Positions 43,185 to 53,493 of a DNA stretch of 64,000 nucleotides are shown here, one piece after another (position 1 is the stretch's first letter; each line of letters begins with the position of its first letter). The notes beneath the pieces were generated by a model. The model made no database searches, was not told where the DNA came from, and saw nothing but the letters and a program-made list of their open reading frames with translations. Source of the stretch: Terriglobia bacterium (GTDB lineage Bacteria; Acidobacteriota; Terriglobia; 20CM-2-55-15); NCBI GenBank assembly GCA_963664115.2, contig CAXWPJ010000009.1, forward strand, positions 480,001 through 544,000, read 5' to 3'. A program made the translations under genes and the position numbers.

Positions 43185-43880
43185 CTAGGCAAGCTCCTTG
43201 ATTTTCACGTTGGCGAACAGAACCACACCGTTAGCATGGTGCTTCTGAAGGGCGATGTAGCCCGCCTCAGAATAGCGATTGTCAGGATCGATCCATTCCA
43301 GAGTCTTTTCGCGATTGATCCATTCTGTGATGTGCTGGTTTACGATTCGTGCCCGCTGTTGAATCCCTTTCCCTTCATGGACCTCAAAAAACGCCTTCGG
43401 ATTCCAGCCCCCTGTTGTCTCCACCAGCAGATCGCCGGTGGTCAGGCTGTCAATTCCACAAGTCGGCTTCTTGATATCGTCGGAATCGACCTGAAATTCG
43501 CACCCACGGGGGAAGTTTGTTATCGGTTCGATCGCACGCAGAAACACGCCGGAGTTCCCATAGCATTTCTTGGGAATAGACTCATCGTAGTCGCATACGG
43601 TCCAGGACAGCTCAAAGTTTTTGTAATTATTCTCGGTGAAGAGATGACCCGGCCCGTCGCGGGAAATGGCGATACCCTCCTTGACTCGCCGGTCTCCTTT
43701 CTCGGATTCCCAACTCTCAAGGTGATTTCCATTGAAAAGAAGCTTCCAACCTTCCCCTTTCTGCTGTGCAGTGAGAGTGTTCAAAGGATCCTGCGGAGCA
43801 TTGGTAGGAAACCGTGCAGCAGAGTGAGTCAGTCCGACGATGGCAAGGCCGAACACACTCAACATGAGTTTCTTCAGCAC
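43185..43880 (-). CDS. DUF1080 (3-keto-disaccharide hydrolase-like) secreted protein
   Basis: Signal peptide; GWKLLFNG, NSGVFLR, GYIALQ and FANVKIKEL motifs. Confidence 0.8.
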   Translation of the reverse strand: MLKKLMLSVFGLAIVGLTHSAARFPTNAPQDPLNTLTAQQKGEGWKLLFNGNHLESWESEKGDRRVKEGIAISRDGPGHLFTENNYKNFELSWTVCDYDESIPKKCYGNSGVFLRAIEPITNFPRGCEFQVDSDDIKKPTCGIDSLTTGDLLVETTGGWNPKAFFEVHEGKGIQQRARIVNQHITEWINREKTLEWIDPDNRYSEAGYIALQKHHANGVVLFANVKIKELA

Positions 43881-43923
43881 GCCATCGATTCTAGCAATAA
43901 CGTTGTGGGAAAGGTGGCCATAT

Positions 43924-44140
43924 TGTGCGTCGTCAGAATAATGCGCACAAAAGCGCTGTTTTGCTAAGAGACGGTTTTCAAGTTATACCATTCCAGTCCA
44001 TGAAATTGGCGATCCGACGTTGGGTCAGCGTTCGGCGCTTGATTCTCTCCCTACGGAGAGGATTTCCTGCTGATGGCCAAAGAACACGTCCGTGGGCGTC
44101 ACTGTCGCTCGAGGGAATGGGGACATATGGTATCGATTAT
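43924..44140 (-). mobile_element. Remnant right end of a diverged IS3 relative
   Basis: Resembles the reverse complement of 34370-34558; encodes VTPTDVFFGHQQEIL. Confidence 0.8.
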
Positions 44141-44552
44141 CCTCGCGAGGTTGGGAACCAGGACGGAAAAGGCATTGCCTCGGCTGTGTTGACTTGAGCC
44201 AGAGTCGATCCGACGAAGACGAGTCAGACCAATCCCGCACACAGTCGCATTCGCATTGGAGACTCGTTTCGGTTCCCAATCCTTTCATAGGAAGAAGCAA
44301 AGCTCCAGAGCGTGGCAGGGGAGTGGTGGCACAGCGGGCACGCGCTCATATCGGCATGATGGGCCGTCAATATCCGTGCCCGACCACACGTTGCTGGTCT
44401 TTTGTGTCGCTCCACTGGAAACGGTCCCGGGATCTCGAATTCCCCGTCTTCCGTCCTTGTCTCTGGTCTCTTCTCGCTGAGACTGCGACAATGTGCTCTC
44501 GTATACTTCCGGCAGATGAGACGGAGGAGAAAATGCATACATATAAACGCTC

Positions 44553-45959
44553 ATGAATGATCGTAACCAAGCTGACTGTCTCATTCTCGATATCGATTGG
44601 CTGATTACGGTCGATGAGGAACGGCGCGTCATTCGCGATGCAGGCATCGCGATCGGCGACGGGCGGTTTCGGGCAGTCGGAAAGTCTGTGGATATTCGAG
44701 CATCATGGCAGGCGGATCAAATCGTTGATGCCAGCGGGATGGTGGGTCTGCCAGGGTTGATCGACAGTCACCTCCATTCTTCGTTTCAACTTTCCCGGGG
44801 TCTGGCGGACGAGGTGGCGACACGCGCGTTTCTCTTCGAGCACATGTTTCCCTATGAAGGCGTCATGTCCGAGGAAGATATCAACGTGAGTGCCCTCTTT
44901 GCCGCCATGGAACTTTTGCGCAATGGCGTAACGTGCTTCGTGGACCCGGGAAACTACTATCCGGTGGCTACAGGAAAGGCGGTTCTCGAGACCGGAATGC
45001 GGGCGGTTCTTGGGCGCAGTGCGTTTGATCGAACACAGGCTGTTGCCGGAATTCTTCCGGAAAGCATGATTGAGACCACAGAGCAGGCGCTCGACCGCAC
45101 TGAAGCGCTGATCGAATTCGTAAACCAGGACCAAAGCGGTCGATTGCGCGCCAGCGTTTCGTTTCGGGGCTTGACCAATTCAACCGACGGGTTGATAGAG
45201 GGATGTAAGGAGCTTTCCGATAAGTACTCATGCATTCTTCAGACGCATGCCTGCTTCAATTACTCCACGCACGACGACTCTGTCACCCACTTTGGGGTTT
45301 CGGAGATCGAGCGGCTTGAGAATCTGGGAGTGTTAGATGAGCGAATTCTGCTAGCCCATTCCGGGTGGTTGGAACCGCGGGAGGTCGCAATCATTGCTCG
45401 TCGGCGCCCTAATCTCGTGGCGGCTCCGAGTTCCAGTCTTCACAATGGCTACGGCAATTTTACCCGGGGACGCCTGCCGGAACTGATGGAGATGGGTGTC
45501 AATGTGGGCATCGGTTCCGATCACGCCTGTTCTGGGATCACCGACATCGTTCAGGAGATGCGCCTGTTTGCGGGTGTTTACAAGGAACTGGCCATCAATC
45601 CCCGTGTGGTTCCACCGGAGCAGGTGGTGGAAATGGCGACGGTCAACGGGGCGCGTTGCGCAGGCCTGGAGGGCGAAATCGGTAGCGTGGAAGTTGGAAA
45701 ACAGGCCGATTTCGTCTTGTTCGATACTCGCTGGCCCGAGTGGCGGCCACTCTACAATCCCGTTTCGAATCTCGTCTATTCGGCAACGGGCAACTCCGCC
45801 TCCGAAGTGTTCGTGACGGGTGAACGGGTCGTTACCAAGGGGCACTTGACGCGTGTCGATGAAGCGGAAATTGACGTCCAGGTTGAGAATTTCGTATCGC
45901 GCCTGAGCAGTAAGTTGGATGTGGCGCAGCTTGTCCACACGCGTTGGCCTGTGGTGTAG
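44553..45959 (+). CDS. Amidohydrolase (MtaD/AtzA-like deaminase family)
   Basis: PGLIDSHLH, QTHAC, LAH, GIGSD and GSVEVGKQAD motifs. Confidence 0.88.
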   Translation: MNDRNQADCLILDIDWLITVDEERRVIRDAGIAIGDGRFRAVGKSVDIRASWQADQIVDASGMVGLPGLIDSHLHSSFQLSRGLADEVATRAFLFEHMFPYEGVMSEEDINVSALFAAMELLRNGVTCFVDPGNYYPVATGKAVLETGMRAVLGRSAFDRTQAVAGILPESMIETTEQALDRTEALIEFVNQDQSGRLRASVSFRGLTNSTDGLIEGCKELSDKYSCILQTHACFNYSTHDDSVTHFGVSEIERLENLGVLDERILLAHSGWLEPREVAIIARRRPNLVAAPSSSLHNGYGNFTRGRLPELMEMGVNVGIGSDHACSGITDIVQEMRLFAGVYKELAINPRVVPPEQVVEMATVNGARCAGLEGEIGSVEVGKQADFVLFDTRWPEWRPLYNPVSNLVYSATGNSASEVFVTGERVVTKGHLTRVDEAEIDVQVENFVSRLSSKLDVAQLVHTRWPVV

Positions 45960-46027
45960 CAGTCCGTGGCAGAAGTCTTGAGGGCCGCGTTACGGCCAAA
46001 CGGGCCCGGATCCAAATCCCAGACTAT

Positions 46028-46672
46028 TTATTCCCGCCGGTTGATCATCGACTCGTAGACAACAGATTCGTAGCGCTGCTCTGCGGTCGAAGGGTAGTCG
46101 CAGATCGCTTTGCTGCGGTCGTAGACCTTGGCCTGGAGGAGAGTGTCGTTCGGCCGGTAGCCGATGCCCTTGTCGTCGATGCCGGGCCTCTCGATCAGAT
46201 TCTCGATCGTAAAGAGTGTTTCGTTGCGGTCCCCGGCTGTGCGGTGGTGTTCCCGGCTCATGATGATGGCTTCTTCGGGACAGGCGTCCACGCAGAAGCC
46301 GCAGTAGATACACCGCAACATATCGATGTTGAATTGTTCGGGGAATTTTTCGATTTCCGGATTCGGATGTTCTCCGGCTTCGATGTAGATACACTCCGCC
46401 GGGCAGGCTGTCGCGCACATATAGCAGGCGACGCATTTCAAGCTGCCATCGTTCCTGACTGTCAGGATATGCGTTCCCCGAAAGCGATCCGAATACGGCC
46501 GGCTCTTTTCGGGGTATTCGATAATCGGGCTGTCACCTTTAAACAAACTGCGTAACAGGTGCCGCAGGGTGACACCAAAAGCCAGGAACGTCCGCCAAAT
46601 GGCAGAGGGCTCTGCCCCGGCCTGAGCGGTGACGTTAATGACAGGAACTTCGACAGCGTAAGGTCCACTCAT
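46028..46672 (-). CDS. nuoI: NADH-quinone oxidoreductase subunit I-like
   Basis: CVACYMCATACP and RCIYCGFCVDACP motifs. Confidence 0.88.
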   Translation of the reverse strand: MSGPYAVEVPVINVTAQAGAEPSAIWRTFLAFGVTLRHLLRSLFKGDSPIIEYPEKSRPYSDRFRGTHILTVRNDGSLKCVACYMCATACPAECIYIEAGEHPNPEIEKFPEQFNIDMLRCIYCGFCVDACPEEAIIMSREHHRTAGDRNETLFTIENLIERPGIDDKGIGYRPNDTLLQAKVYDRSKAICDYPSTAEQRYESVVYESMINRRE

Positions 46673-48333
46673 CCCAGAACCTCTTCAGGCAGCTTAGCGG
46701 CCTCTTGTCCCGGACGTCCCACAGGAAGAGCGCCGAGCGGTCCGATCAAGTCATAATTCATTTCTGCATAGCGCGGAACGTCGCTTGCAATTGCCTCGAA
46801 TATGGCGGCAGGATCGTCCGCAACTCTCTCCCCGCTCAACCGCAACATTGTCGCCATCAGACGATGCAATGGCCAGATATTGCCCGTCGTTTTGATCCCA
46901 CAGTTAGCGATCTGAACGCGGCCAGCGTAGTTGGTGTACGTTCCGGTCTCTTCAGACCACGCGGCCATCGGTAACAGGATGGAAGCCTTACGCGCCCATT
47001 CAAAGTCAAATGGTGTGCTGACCACGCAGAATTCCACGCTTTCAAGAATCCGCGCAATCTTACTCGCGATCTCTTCCGGATCGGAATCAACCAACTGCGG
47101 GTGAAACGCGATCCAGATACCCCGGACGGTCTTCTTCTTCCGCCCGCGTGAGGAGCCCGTCCAGTCCTCCGAGTTCTGTATCCAGTCCGAGATCCGGAGC
47201 GCCTCGTGTGTTCGGGTGCTTGTCGCGACGCCGGAGCATGTCGTCCTGCTGGACTTCGTACAAGAGGGTCTCTTCGGCGAGTCGGAAATCGACGCGCCCT
47301 CGAAAATACTGCTTCATCAAATACAGTGCTTCGTTTGTGCTGATCGCGCTGCTCAGGCCGGCAAGCGATGTCTCACCGTGCGCCTCTCGTATTGCTCCGA
47401 ACCGGACGTGAGCCTCCTTGAGCGCGTCTTCGATTCCGAAGACCGCGCCTCCAACCGAGGCGTCCCTCAGGCGTGGCCAATTCTCAAGGGCATGGAAACT
47501 CAAGCGCCCTTCATCACACAGCCAACTTTGCTTGACTTCCGGATTGCGCCGTCCGACGGTTCGGTAGACGACACCGTCCGTTGCGGAATAGCCGGGAGTG
47601 CCCCCGCCCTGCGGGCGTGCGGAGTGATCGATGCGCAGGTTGCAGCCGGTGCTGCACCCGCCGCAGACCGATGGGGTTCCCCTGAGGAACCACGACCGGA
47701 CCTTAAACCGGAAATCAGAGCTTGTTAACGCACCGACCGGGCATACGTCGACGACGTTGATCGAATAGGGATTGTCCAGGGGTTTGTCCTGGTAGACAGC
47801 GATTTTGGAATTGTGGCCGCGTCCGAACACCTGGAGCTCCTCAGTTTTCGTCACGTTCCGCGTGAAACGTACACAACGGGTGCAGAGGATACAGCGCTCC
47901 TGATCGAGCTTTACGGTGGGTCCCAGATCAAAAGCTTTCATCCGGCGTGTCTTTTCGCCAAGCGGATAACGGCTGTCGTGTTCCCCGTGTTCCATGTAGT
48001 AGTCCTGCAGCCAGCACTCGCCGCTCTGGTCACATACGGGGCAATCGATGGGATGATGGAGCAACAGGAATTCCATCGCGTAGCGCACGGCTTGCTGAAC
48101 CCGCTCCGTGTCGGTTCGAACCACCATGCCGTCACGGATCGGCGTGGCGCAGGCAGGCATCAGTTTGGGCGCGCCCTCGGCTTCCATCAGACACATCCGG
48201 CAGCTACCCTCGATGCCGATATCAGGTGGTAGCAGTAACGGGGAATTCGGACGCCGACGTCATCCGCGACCTGGATGACCGTCTTGCCCTGATCGACCTC
48301 GTACTCCTCACCGTTGAGCGTGATCTTCGGCAT
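46669..48333 (-). pseudogene. nuoG: NADH-quinone oxidoreductase subunit G-like; two frameshifts (real or sequencing error)
   Basis: MPKITLNG...IPRYCYH from 48333; shift near 48225; HPIDCPVCDQSGEC, RCILCTRC and WLCDEGR; shift near 47130; C-terminal TYTNYAGRVQ. Confidence 0.8.
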
Positions 48334-48362
48334 GACCGTCTACATTAACATGGAGCAGCGAC

Positions 48363-49175
48363 TTATTTTTCGATGGGAAGCTCGGCCCGGTTGCCCCATT
48401 CTCCCCAGGATCCCAGATAGTTACGGACCCTTGGATAACCGATCAAACGCAGGGCCAGGTAGGTGTTGGCGGAACGATATCCCCCCTGACAATAAGGGAT
48501 GACCTCACGATCCGGAGTCACACCGATTTCTGCATATTGGGCCGAGAGATCTTCCCCAGCTTTGAACCTTCCGTCGGTGTTGAGGTTGTTTGTCCATTCC
48601 AGGTGCACGGCGCCGGGAATACGGCCACCGCGTGCCGATCGGACCAGTGTGGCATTGTGTTCGGCTTCGGTCCGGGCGTCCACAATGGCCGTTTCGTCCT
48701 TCCCCAGTCGTTCAAGAACATCGTCCGCCGTCGCGAGGAGATCGCGCTGGGTCTTGGCTTTGAAGTTTCCCCGCGCCGAAGCTTTCGCGTCCTGTGTCGT
48801 TTCCATTCCAGCTCCGGACCATGCCTGGAAACCCCCATTCAACAAGCGCACATTGGCATGGCCGAAGAACTCCAGAAACCAGAAAAGACGTGACGCGCGT
48901 TCGCCGCTGATACGGTCGTAAACCACCACGCGGCTATCGGTCGATACACCCTTGGCACCGATCAGGTGCTCGATAATCCAGAGGAACGCGGCCAAAGGAT
49001 CCGGGCGCGTGTCGATCAAGCTGATGCCGAAAATGTCCAGACTCCTCGCTCCTGGAATGTGTCCGTTGGCAAAGTCTTCTGGAGGTCGCAAGTCCAGCAC
49101 TACGAGGTCGGTGTCGGCCGCGCGCTTGTGCAGTTCCTCTGGTGAACAGATCAGATGGGCGTTTTGGTAGTCCAT
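48363..49175 (-). CDS. Sulfurtransferase (tandem rhodanese)
   Basis: GHIPGA, GRIPGA, YCQGGYRS and NYLGSWGEW motifs. Confidence 0.92.
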   Translation of the reverse strand: MDYQNAHLICSPEELHKRAADTDLVVLDLRPPEDFANGHIPGARSLDIFGISLIDTRPDPLAAFLWIIEHLIGAKGVSTDSRVVVYDRISGERASRLFWFLEFFGHANVRLLNGGFQAWSGAGMETTQDAKASARGNFKAKTQRDLLATADDVLERLGKDETAIVDARTEAEHNATLVRSARGGRIPGAVHLEWTNNLNTDGRFKAGEDLSAQYAEIGVTPDREVIPYCQGGYRSANTYLALRLIGYPRVRNYLGSWGEWGNRAELPIEK

Positions 49176-49195
49176 GGTCCTCGTGAAGTTAAGGT

Positions 49196-49957
49196 TTAAA
49201 GGTTAATCGCTTCCAGAATCGCCCTCAATTCTCCCAGCGAGCCAATCGTATAGCGGGGCTGAAAGTGTTGGGGGGTCCATTTCTGAAGGCCGGTATCGAT
49301 CCATACCGAATCCATGCCGACCCCCCCAGCTCCATCCACGTCGATGTCCAGCCGGTCCCCGATGAAAAGCGCATCAGCGGGAGCGATTTCCAGCCGTTTC
49401 AGGGTGACATTGAATATTTGCGGATGGGGTTTCCGCCAGCCGAGTTCGTCCGACACCGCAATGACCTCGAAGATATCGCGTAGGGCATGTCTTTCCAAGC
49501 ATTGGTAGAGCGTCGGCGAGTAATCAAAGTTGGATATCATCGCCAGCCGGTAACCTGCCTGAAGTGCCCATTCCAGCAGCTGGTGGTTCTCGGTGCGAAT
49601 TTCAAGCGCCGGCCCGAAGTGTTCCATGTGGGTTTCGGCCAGCCGCTCGGGAAAGTCCGGGGCAAATCCCGCGACATCCTTTCCGAGCAGTTCCAGCATG
49701 ATCCGGAACCGGTCGGCACTCGGAATCTCCCTGAGGTTTGCCTTGCGCCGACGGTAGGCTTCGGCCGAGCTTTCAAGAAATGCGTCTACAAAATCTTCGA
49801 ATCGGAGTTCTCCGTCTTCCTGCGTATAGACTTCATACACCTTGGGAGCTGTTGTGTGTACGATGGCTTCTCCGATATTGTGTCTGGGAAGCCGTTCCCT
49901 ATCGATGTGAATGACTGTATCGAAAGCATCGAATATCAAAGTTGAATAGTTTTTCAT
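49196..49957 (-). CDS. HAD-family hydrolase
   Basis: IFDAFDT, ISN, RKPHPQIF and FIGDRLDIDV motifs; start taken at MKNYS. Confidence 0.85.
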   Translation of the reverse strand: MKNYSTLIFDAFDTVIHIDRERLPRHNIGEAIVHTTAPKVYEVYTQEDGELRFEDFVDAFLESSAEAYRRRKANLREIPSADRFRIMLELLGKDVAGFAPDFPERLAETHMEHFGPALEIRTENHQLLEWALQAGYRLAMISNFDYSPTLYQCLERHALRDIFEVIAVSDELGWRKPHPQIFNVTLKRLEIAPADALFIGDRLDIDVDGAGGVGMDSVWIDTGLQKWTPQHFQPRYTIGSLGELRAILEAINL

Positions 49958-50044
49958 TTTTTCGTTAGAATCGAGGGTCATTGTAGCAGCCTCAATCAGT
50001 CCGGATCCGGAGGGGCCAGAGCCTATTAAGCAAACGTCTTTTAT

Positions 50045-51085
50045 ATGATCAGCGTTCAAAATCTCACCAAACGTTACGACACGACGACAGCGATCGCTGA
50101 CGTCAGCTTCAGCGTCGAGGCCGGCGAGGTGCTTGGTTTCCTCGGTCCCAACGGTGCGGGAAAGACTACGATGATGCGGGCCATCACAGGTTTCCTCCCG
50201 CCATCGGCAGGCCGGATTACTGTCGATGGGTTTGATGTCTTTGAGGACCCACTGGAGGTACGCAGCCGCATCGGCTACCTCCCGGAAAGCCCGCCGCTCT
50301 ATCCGGAAATGACAGTTGAGGGTTACCTTCGCTTTGTCGCCAAGATCAAGGGAGTGGCCAGGATCGATATCGCTGACGAAGTGACCCGCGTCATGGACAC
50401 AGCGCGCGCCCTCGATGTCGCTCATCGGATTAATGGGCGTCTGTCCAAGGGATACAAACAACGGGTGGGCCTCGCCCAGGCGCTATTAAACGATCCTCCC
50501 GTTCTGATACTGGACGAGCCCACCGTTGGATTGGATCCCAACCAGATCCATGAAGTACGTGAGCTCATTAAGGAATGGTCGGGGGACCACACCGTTATTC
50601 TTTCGACGCATATTCTCCCGGAAGTGGAGCAGACTTGCAGCCGCGTCGTCATTATTGATCGCGGCCGGATCATCGCGATGGATACCCCGGAAAATCTGGT
50701 ACACCAGTTGAAGGGCGCTGAACTGACTCTTGTCGAAGTTGCGGGACCGCTGGACGATATCCTGGAACGGTTTCGAGCGATGGATGGCGTCGTCAGCGCT
50801 CGCGACATGGGTTCGTCCGACGCCCGGCATCGCATTCAGGTGGAGACAGATCTCCGGGTCGACATTCGACCGCGCCTGGCCCGGACGATCGTCGAGGGCG
50901 GATGGGGTCTATTCGAAATGCAATCGTCCCGAATGAGCCTGGAAGACATCTTCATCAAGCTGACGACCAGCGACGCGGAAGCCTCCCCGGTCCATGCCGA
51001 AGACGTGGCCGTTGCCCCAGAGCCTACTTCTGGCAACACTGAAGACTTTGGCGACTCGGAAAACGATACGGAGGCCGACGCATGA
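50045..51085 (+). CDS. ABC transporter ATP-binding protein (GldA-like)
   Basis: GPNGAGKTT, LSKGYKQRVGLA and DEPTVGLDP motifs. Confidence 0.92.
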   Translation: MISVQNLTKRYDTTTAIADVSFSVEAGEVLGFLGPNGAGKTTMMRAITGFLPPSAGRITVDGFDVFEDPLEVRSRIGYLPESPPLYPEMTVEGYLRFVAKIKGVARIDIADEVTRVMDTARALDVAHRINGRLSKGYKQRVGLAQALLNDPPVLILDEPTVGLDPNQIHEVRELIKEWSGDHTVILSTHILPEVEQTCSRVVIIDRGRIIAMDTPENLVHQLKGAELTLVEVAGPLDDILERFRAMDGVVSARDMGSSDARHRIQVETDLRVDIRPRLARTIVEGGWGLFEMQSSRMSLEDIFIKLTTSDAEASPVHAEDVAVAPEPTSGNTEDFGDSENDTEADA

Positions 51086-51864
51086 AGAACATTCTTGCCA
51101 TCGTCGAGAGGGAGCTGCGGGCGTACTTCGCCTCCCCGGTCGCTTATGTAGTGCTCACGATCTTCGTTCTCTTGTCTGGAGTATTTTTCCAGACGATTCT
51201 GCGGCAGGTTGTCCAGATGGCCACCGTCAACGCGCTTCAGAGCCAGCAGTTTGGAGCCGCCTCTCAGCCGATAGACGTGCCGGGCCTGATCAGCCAGAGT
51301 TTCCTGGGAACTCTGAGCGTCGTGCTGCTGTTCATGTTGCCGATGATTACCATGGGACTGTTCTCGGAGGAGAAAAAGAGAGGGACAATTGAACTCCTGT
51401 TGACGGCTCCAATTACCGGTTTTCAAGTTGTCATGGGAAAGTATCTGGCGGCCGTTTCCTTTTACGCCATCATGCTGGCCACGACCTGGGTTCCGACCTC
51501 GGTGTTGTTCCTCTACGGGGATCCGGCCTGGGGTCCGATATTATCCGGCTATCTCGGACTGTTGCTCTACGGGGTAGCCCTGTTGGCCGTAGGCCTCTTC
51601 ATCTCGACGCTTACGGAGAATCAGATCGTTGCCGGGGTGTTGAGTTTTGGAACGATTCTCATGCTTTGGATGGTGGACGTTGTGGCGCAGAGCGCTACAG
51701 CGACCACGCGGGCCGTACTCGCCTACCTTTCGATATTGGGACACCTGGACGAATTCATACGCGGCGTCGTGACCACGTCACACGTCATCTTCTATCTGTC
51801 GCTCATGACGTTGGGCTTGTTCCTGACGTATCGATCGGTGGATTCCATGCGTTGGAGGGGTTGA
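51082..51864 (+). CDS. ABC-2 permease (GldF-like)
   Basis: ELRAYFASPVAY and EEKKRGTIELLLTAP motifs; about six TM helices. Confidence 0.9.
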   Translation: MKNILAIVERELRAYFASPVAYVVLTIFVLLSGVFFQTILRQVVQMATVNALQSQQFGAASQPIDVPGLISQSFLGTLSVVLLFMLPMITMGLFSEEKKRGTIELLLTAPITGFQVVMGKYLAAVSFYAIMLATTWVPTSVLFLYGDPAWGPILSGYLGLLLYGVALLAVGLFISTLTENQIVAGVLSFGTILMLWMVDVVAQSATATTRAVLAYLSILGHLDEFIRGVVTTSHVIFYLSLMTLGLFLTYRSVDSMRWRG

Positions 51865-51867
51865 GCC

Positions 51868-53436
51868 TTGAAAGACTGGATTAGCAAGCTTGATCTGTTG
51901 GGACTGGTCGTGGTTGGGGCGGCGCTCATCAGTTATTCCGTGCGTACGATCTGGAGCGTTTACGAGACCCTGGCCCTGGCCCTCGGCGTGGTGCTGATCG
52001 TTACGGCGCTCGTTTCGAAACGTGAGCGAATCCAGGCAGGCATGCGGGGGCGACAGGCGCGTTACGGAGCCAACTCCTTGACTTCGGTTCTGCTCCTGGT
52101 GGCTGTCCTGGGTTTCGTGAATTACATCGGTTTTCAAAACGATCAACGTCTGGATCTGACCACTGAAAGAATCTATAACCTGTCCGATCAATCCGAGAGT
52201 GTGGCCGACCAACTCGAACAGGATATCCATATATGGGCTTTCTATCCGGGCGGGGATGATAGGGCGGTTCGCGAACTGCTGGATCTTTACCGCGGTCGCA
52301 GTTCTCGAATCACCTATGAATTTGTCGATCCCGACCGGCAACCGCAGTTGGCCGAGCAGTTTGATGTCACCGTCTACGGGACTTTCAACAACCAGTTCGC
52401 CGGAGCGAGTTTCAATTTCGGGACCGTCGTTCTGGAGACCCCCGGTTTCGAGGAGCGTATCGAGAAGCAATCCGAGCCCCTGCTTGAAGAAGATGTCACG
52501 AATGCGCTGATCAAATTGGTTAAAGGGGAGCAGAAGGCGATCTATTTCATCGAGGGCCATGGAGAGAAGCTCATTGCCGAAACCGAACGCAACGGGCTCG
52601 ACGCAGCCCGCAATTCACTGGAGAGGGAGAACTACATTGTCGAAAGTTTGAACCTGGTCCGGGTCGATGAAGTGCCTTCCGATGCTGCAGTGTTGATCTG
52701 GCCTGGACCGGAAACTGAACCCTTCCCGGAAGAAATGGACATGGTCGATGACTACCTGAACGCCGGGGGCAGCGTCATGGTCATGCTCGACCCGCCACCG
52801 GCCGCATCGCTTGGCGATCTCCTCGACCGGTGGGCCGTGTCTGCAGGTGACAACTTTGTCGTGGACGCCAGCGGTGTGGGTCGCTTGTTGGGAGCCGGCC
52901 CGGAGATCCCTTTGGTCTCACAATACGGCGTGCACCCGATCACCGACGGCTTCAACGTGATGACGTTCTTTCCGCTCGCTCGCTCGATAACTACAGCGGA
53001 AGCGGGTCCGGAAGGTTTGAGTGTCACCAACTTGCTGACCACCGGGAACAGCAGTTGGGGTGAAAGCGATCTGGACAGCTCCGAAGCCAGTTTCGATCCC
53101 GCGGTGGATCTCGGTGGGCCCGTGAACATTGGACTCGTCGTGACCCGGGATATCGGGTCGGAGGATTTGGCGCGATTCATTGTCATGGGTGATTCGGATT
53201 TCGCTTCCAACGGCTTCTTCAGTTTGCAGGGGAACGGCAATTTGTTTCTGAATGCAGTGAGCTGGCTGGCGGAGGACGAGAGCTTCATTTCCATCCGCCC
53301 GAGAGTACCCGAGGATAGACCGTTCAACCTGACGGAATCTCAGGGGCGTATCACCTATTACATATCGCTGGTGCTGTTGCCACTTTCCATTCTTGCGGCA
53401 GGGATTGCGGTATGGGTGAAGCGACGTAGTCAGTGA
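51868..53436 (+). CDS. GldG-family ABC auxiliary component
   Basis: DLT...YNLS, IYFIEGHGE, GDSDFASN and NLFLNAVSWL motifs. Confidence 0.88.
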   Translation: MKDWISKLDLLGLVVVGAALISYSVRTIWSVYETLALALGVVLIVTALVSKRERIQAGMRGRQARYGANSLTSVLLLVAVLGFVNYIGFQNDQRLDLTTERIYNLSDQSESVADQLEQDIHIWAFYPGGDDRAVRELLDLYRGRSSRITYEFVDPDRQPQLAEQFDVTVYGTFNNQFAGASFNFGTVVLETPGFEERIEKQSEPLLEEDVTNALIKLVKGEQKAIYFIEGHGEKLIAETERNGLDAARNSLERENYIVESLNLVRVDEVPSDAAVLIWPGPETEPFPEEMDMVDDYLNAGGSVMVMLDPPPAASLGDLLDRWAVSAGDNFVVDASGVGRLLGAGPEIPLVSQYGVHPITDGFNVMTFFPLARSITTAEAGPEGLSVTNLLTTGNSSWGESDLDSSEASFDPAVDLGGPVNIGLVVTRDIGSEDLARFIVMGDSDFASNGFFSLQGNGNLFLNAVSWLAEDESFISIRPRVPEDRPFNLTESQGRITYYISLVLLPLSILAAGIAVWVKRRSQ

Positions 53437-53437
53437 G

Positions 53438-53482
53438 TTACACCGATAGCACGGATCCGATAGATCAATCCGTGTCATCCGC
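53438..53482. repeat. Short palindromic repeat element, CACGGAT variant
   Basis: ACACCGATAGCACGGAT...ATCCGTGTCATCCG inside the ABC operon. Confidence 0.55.
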
Positions 53483-53493
53483 GCAGGTCATCT

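Noticed and set aside
49958-50461. N-terminal extension of the HAD ORF
   Set aside because: Antisense to the ABC ATPase; HAD motif I follows the Met at 49957
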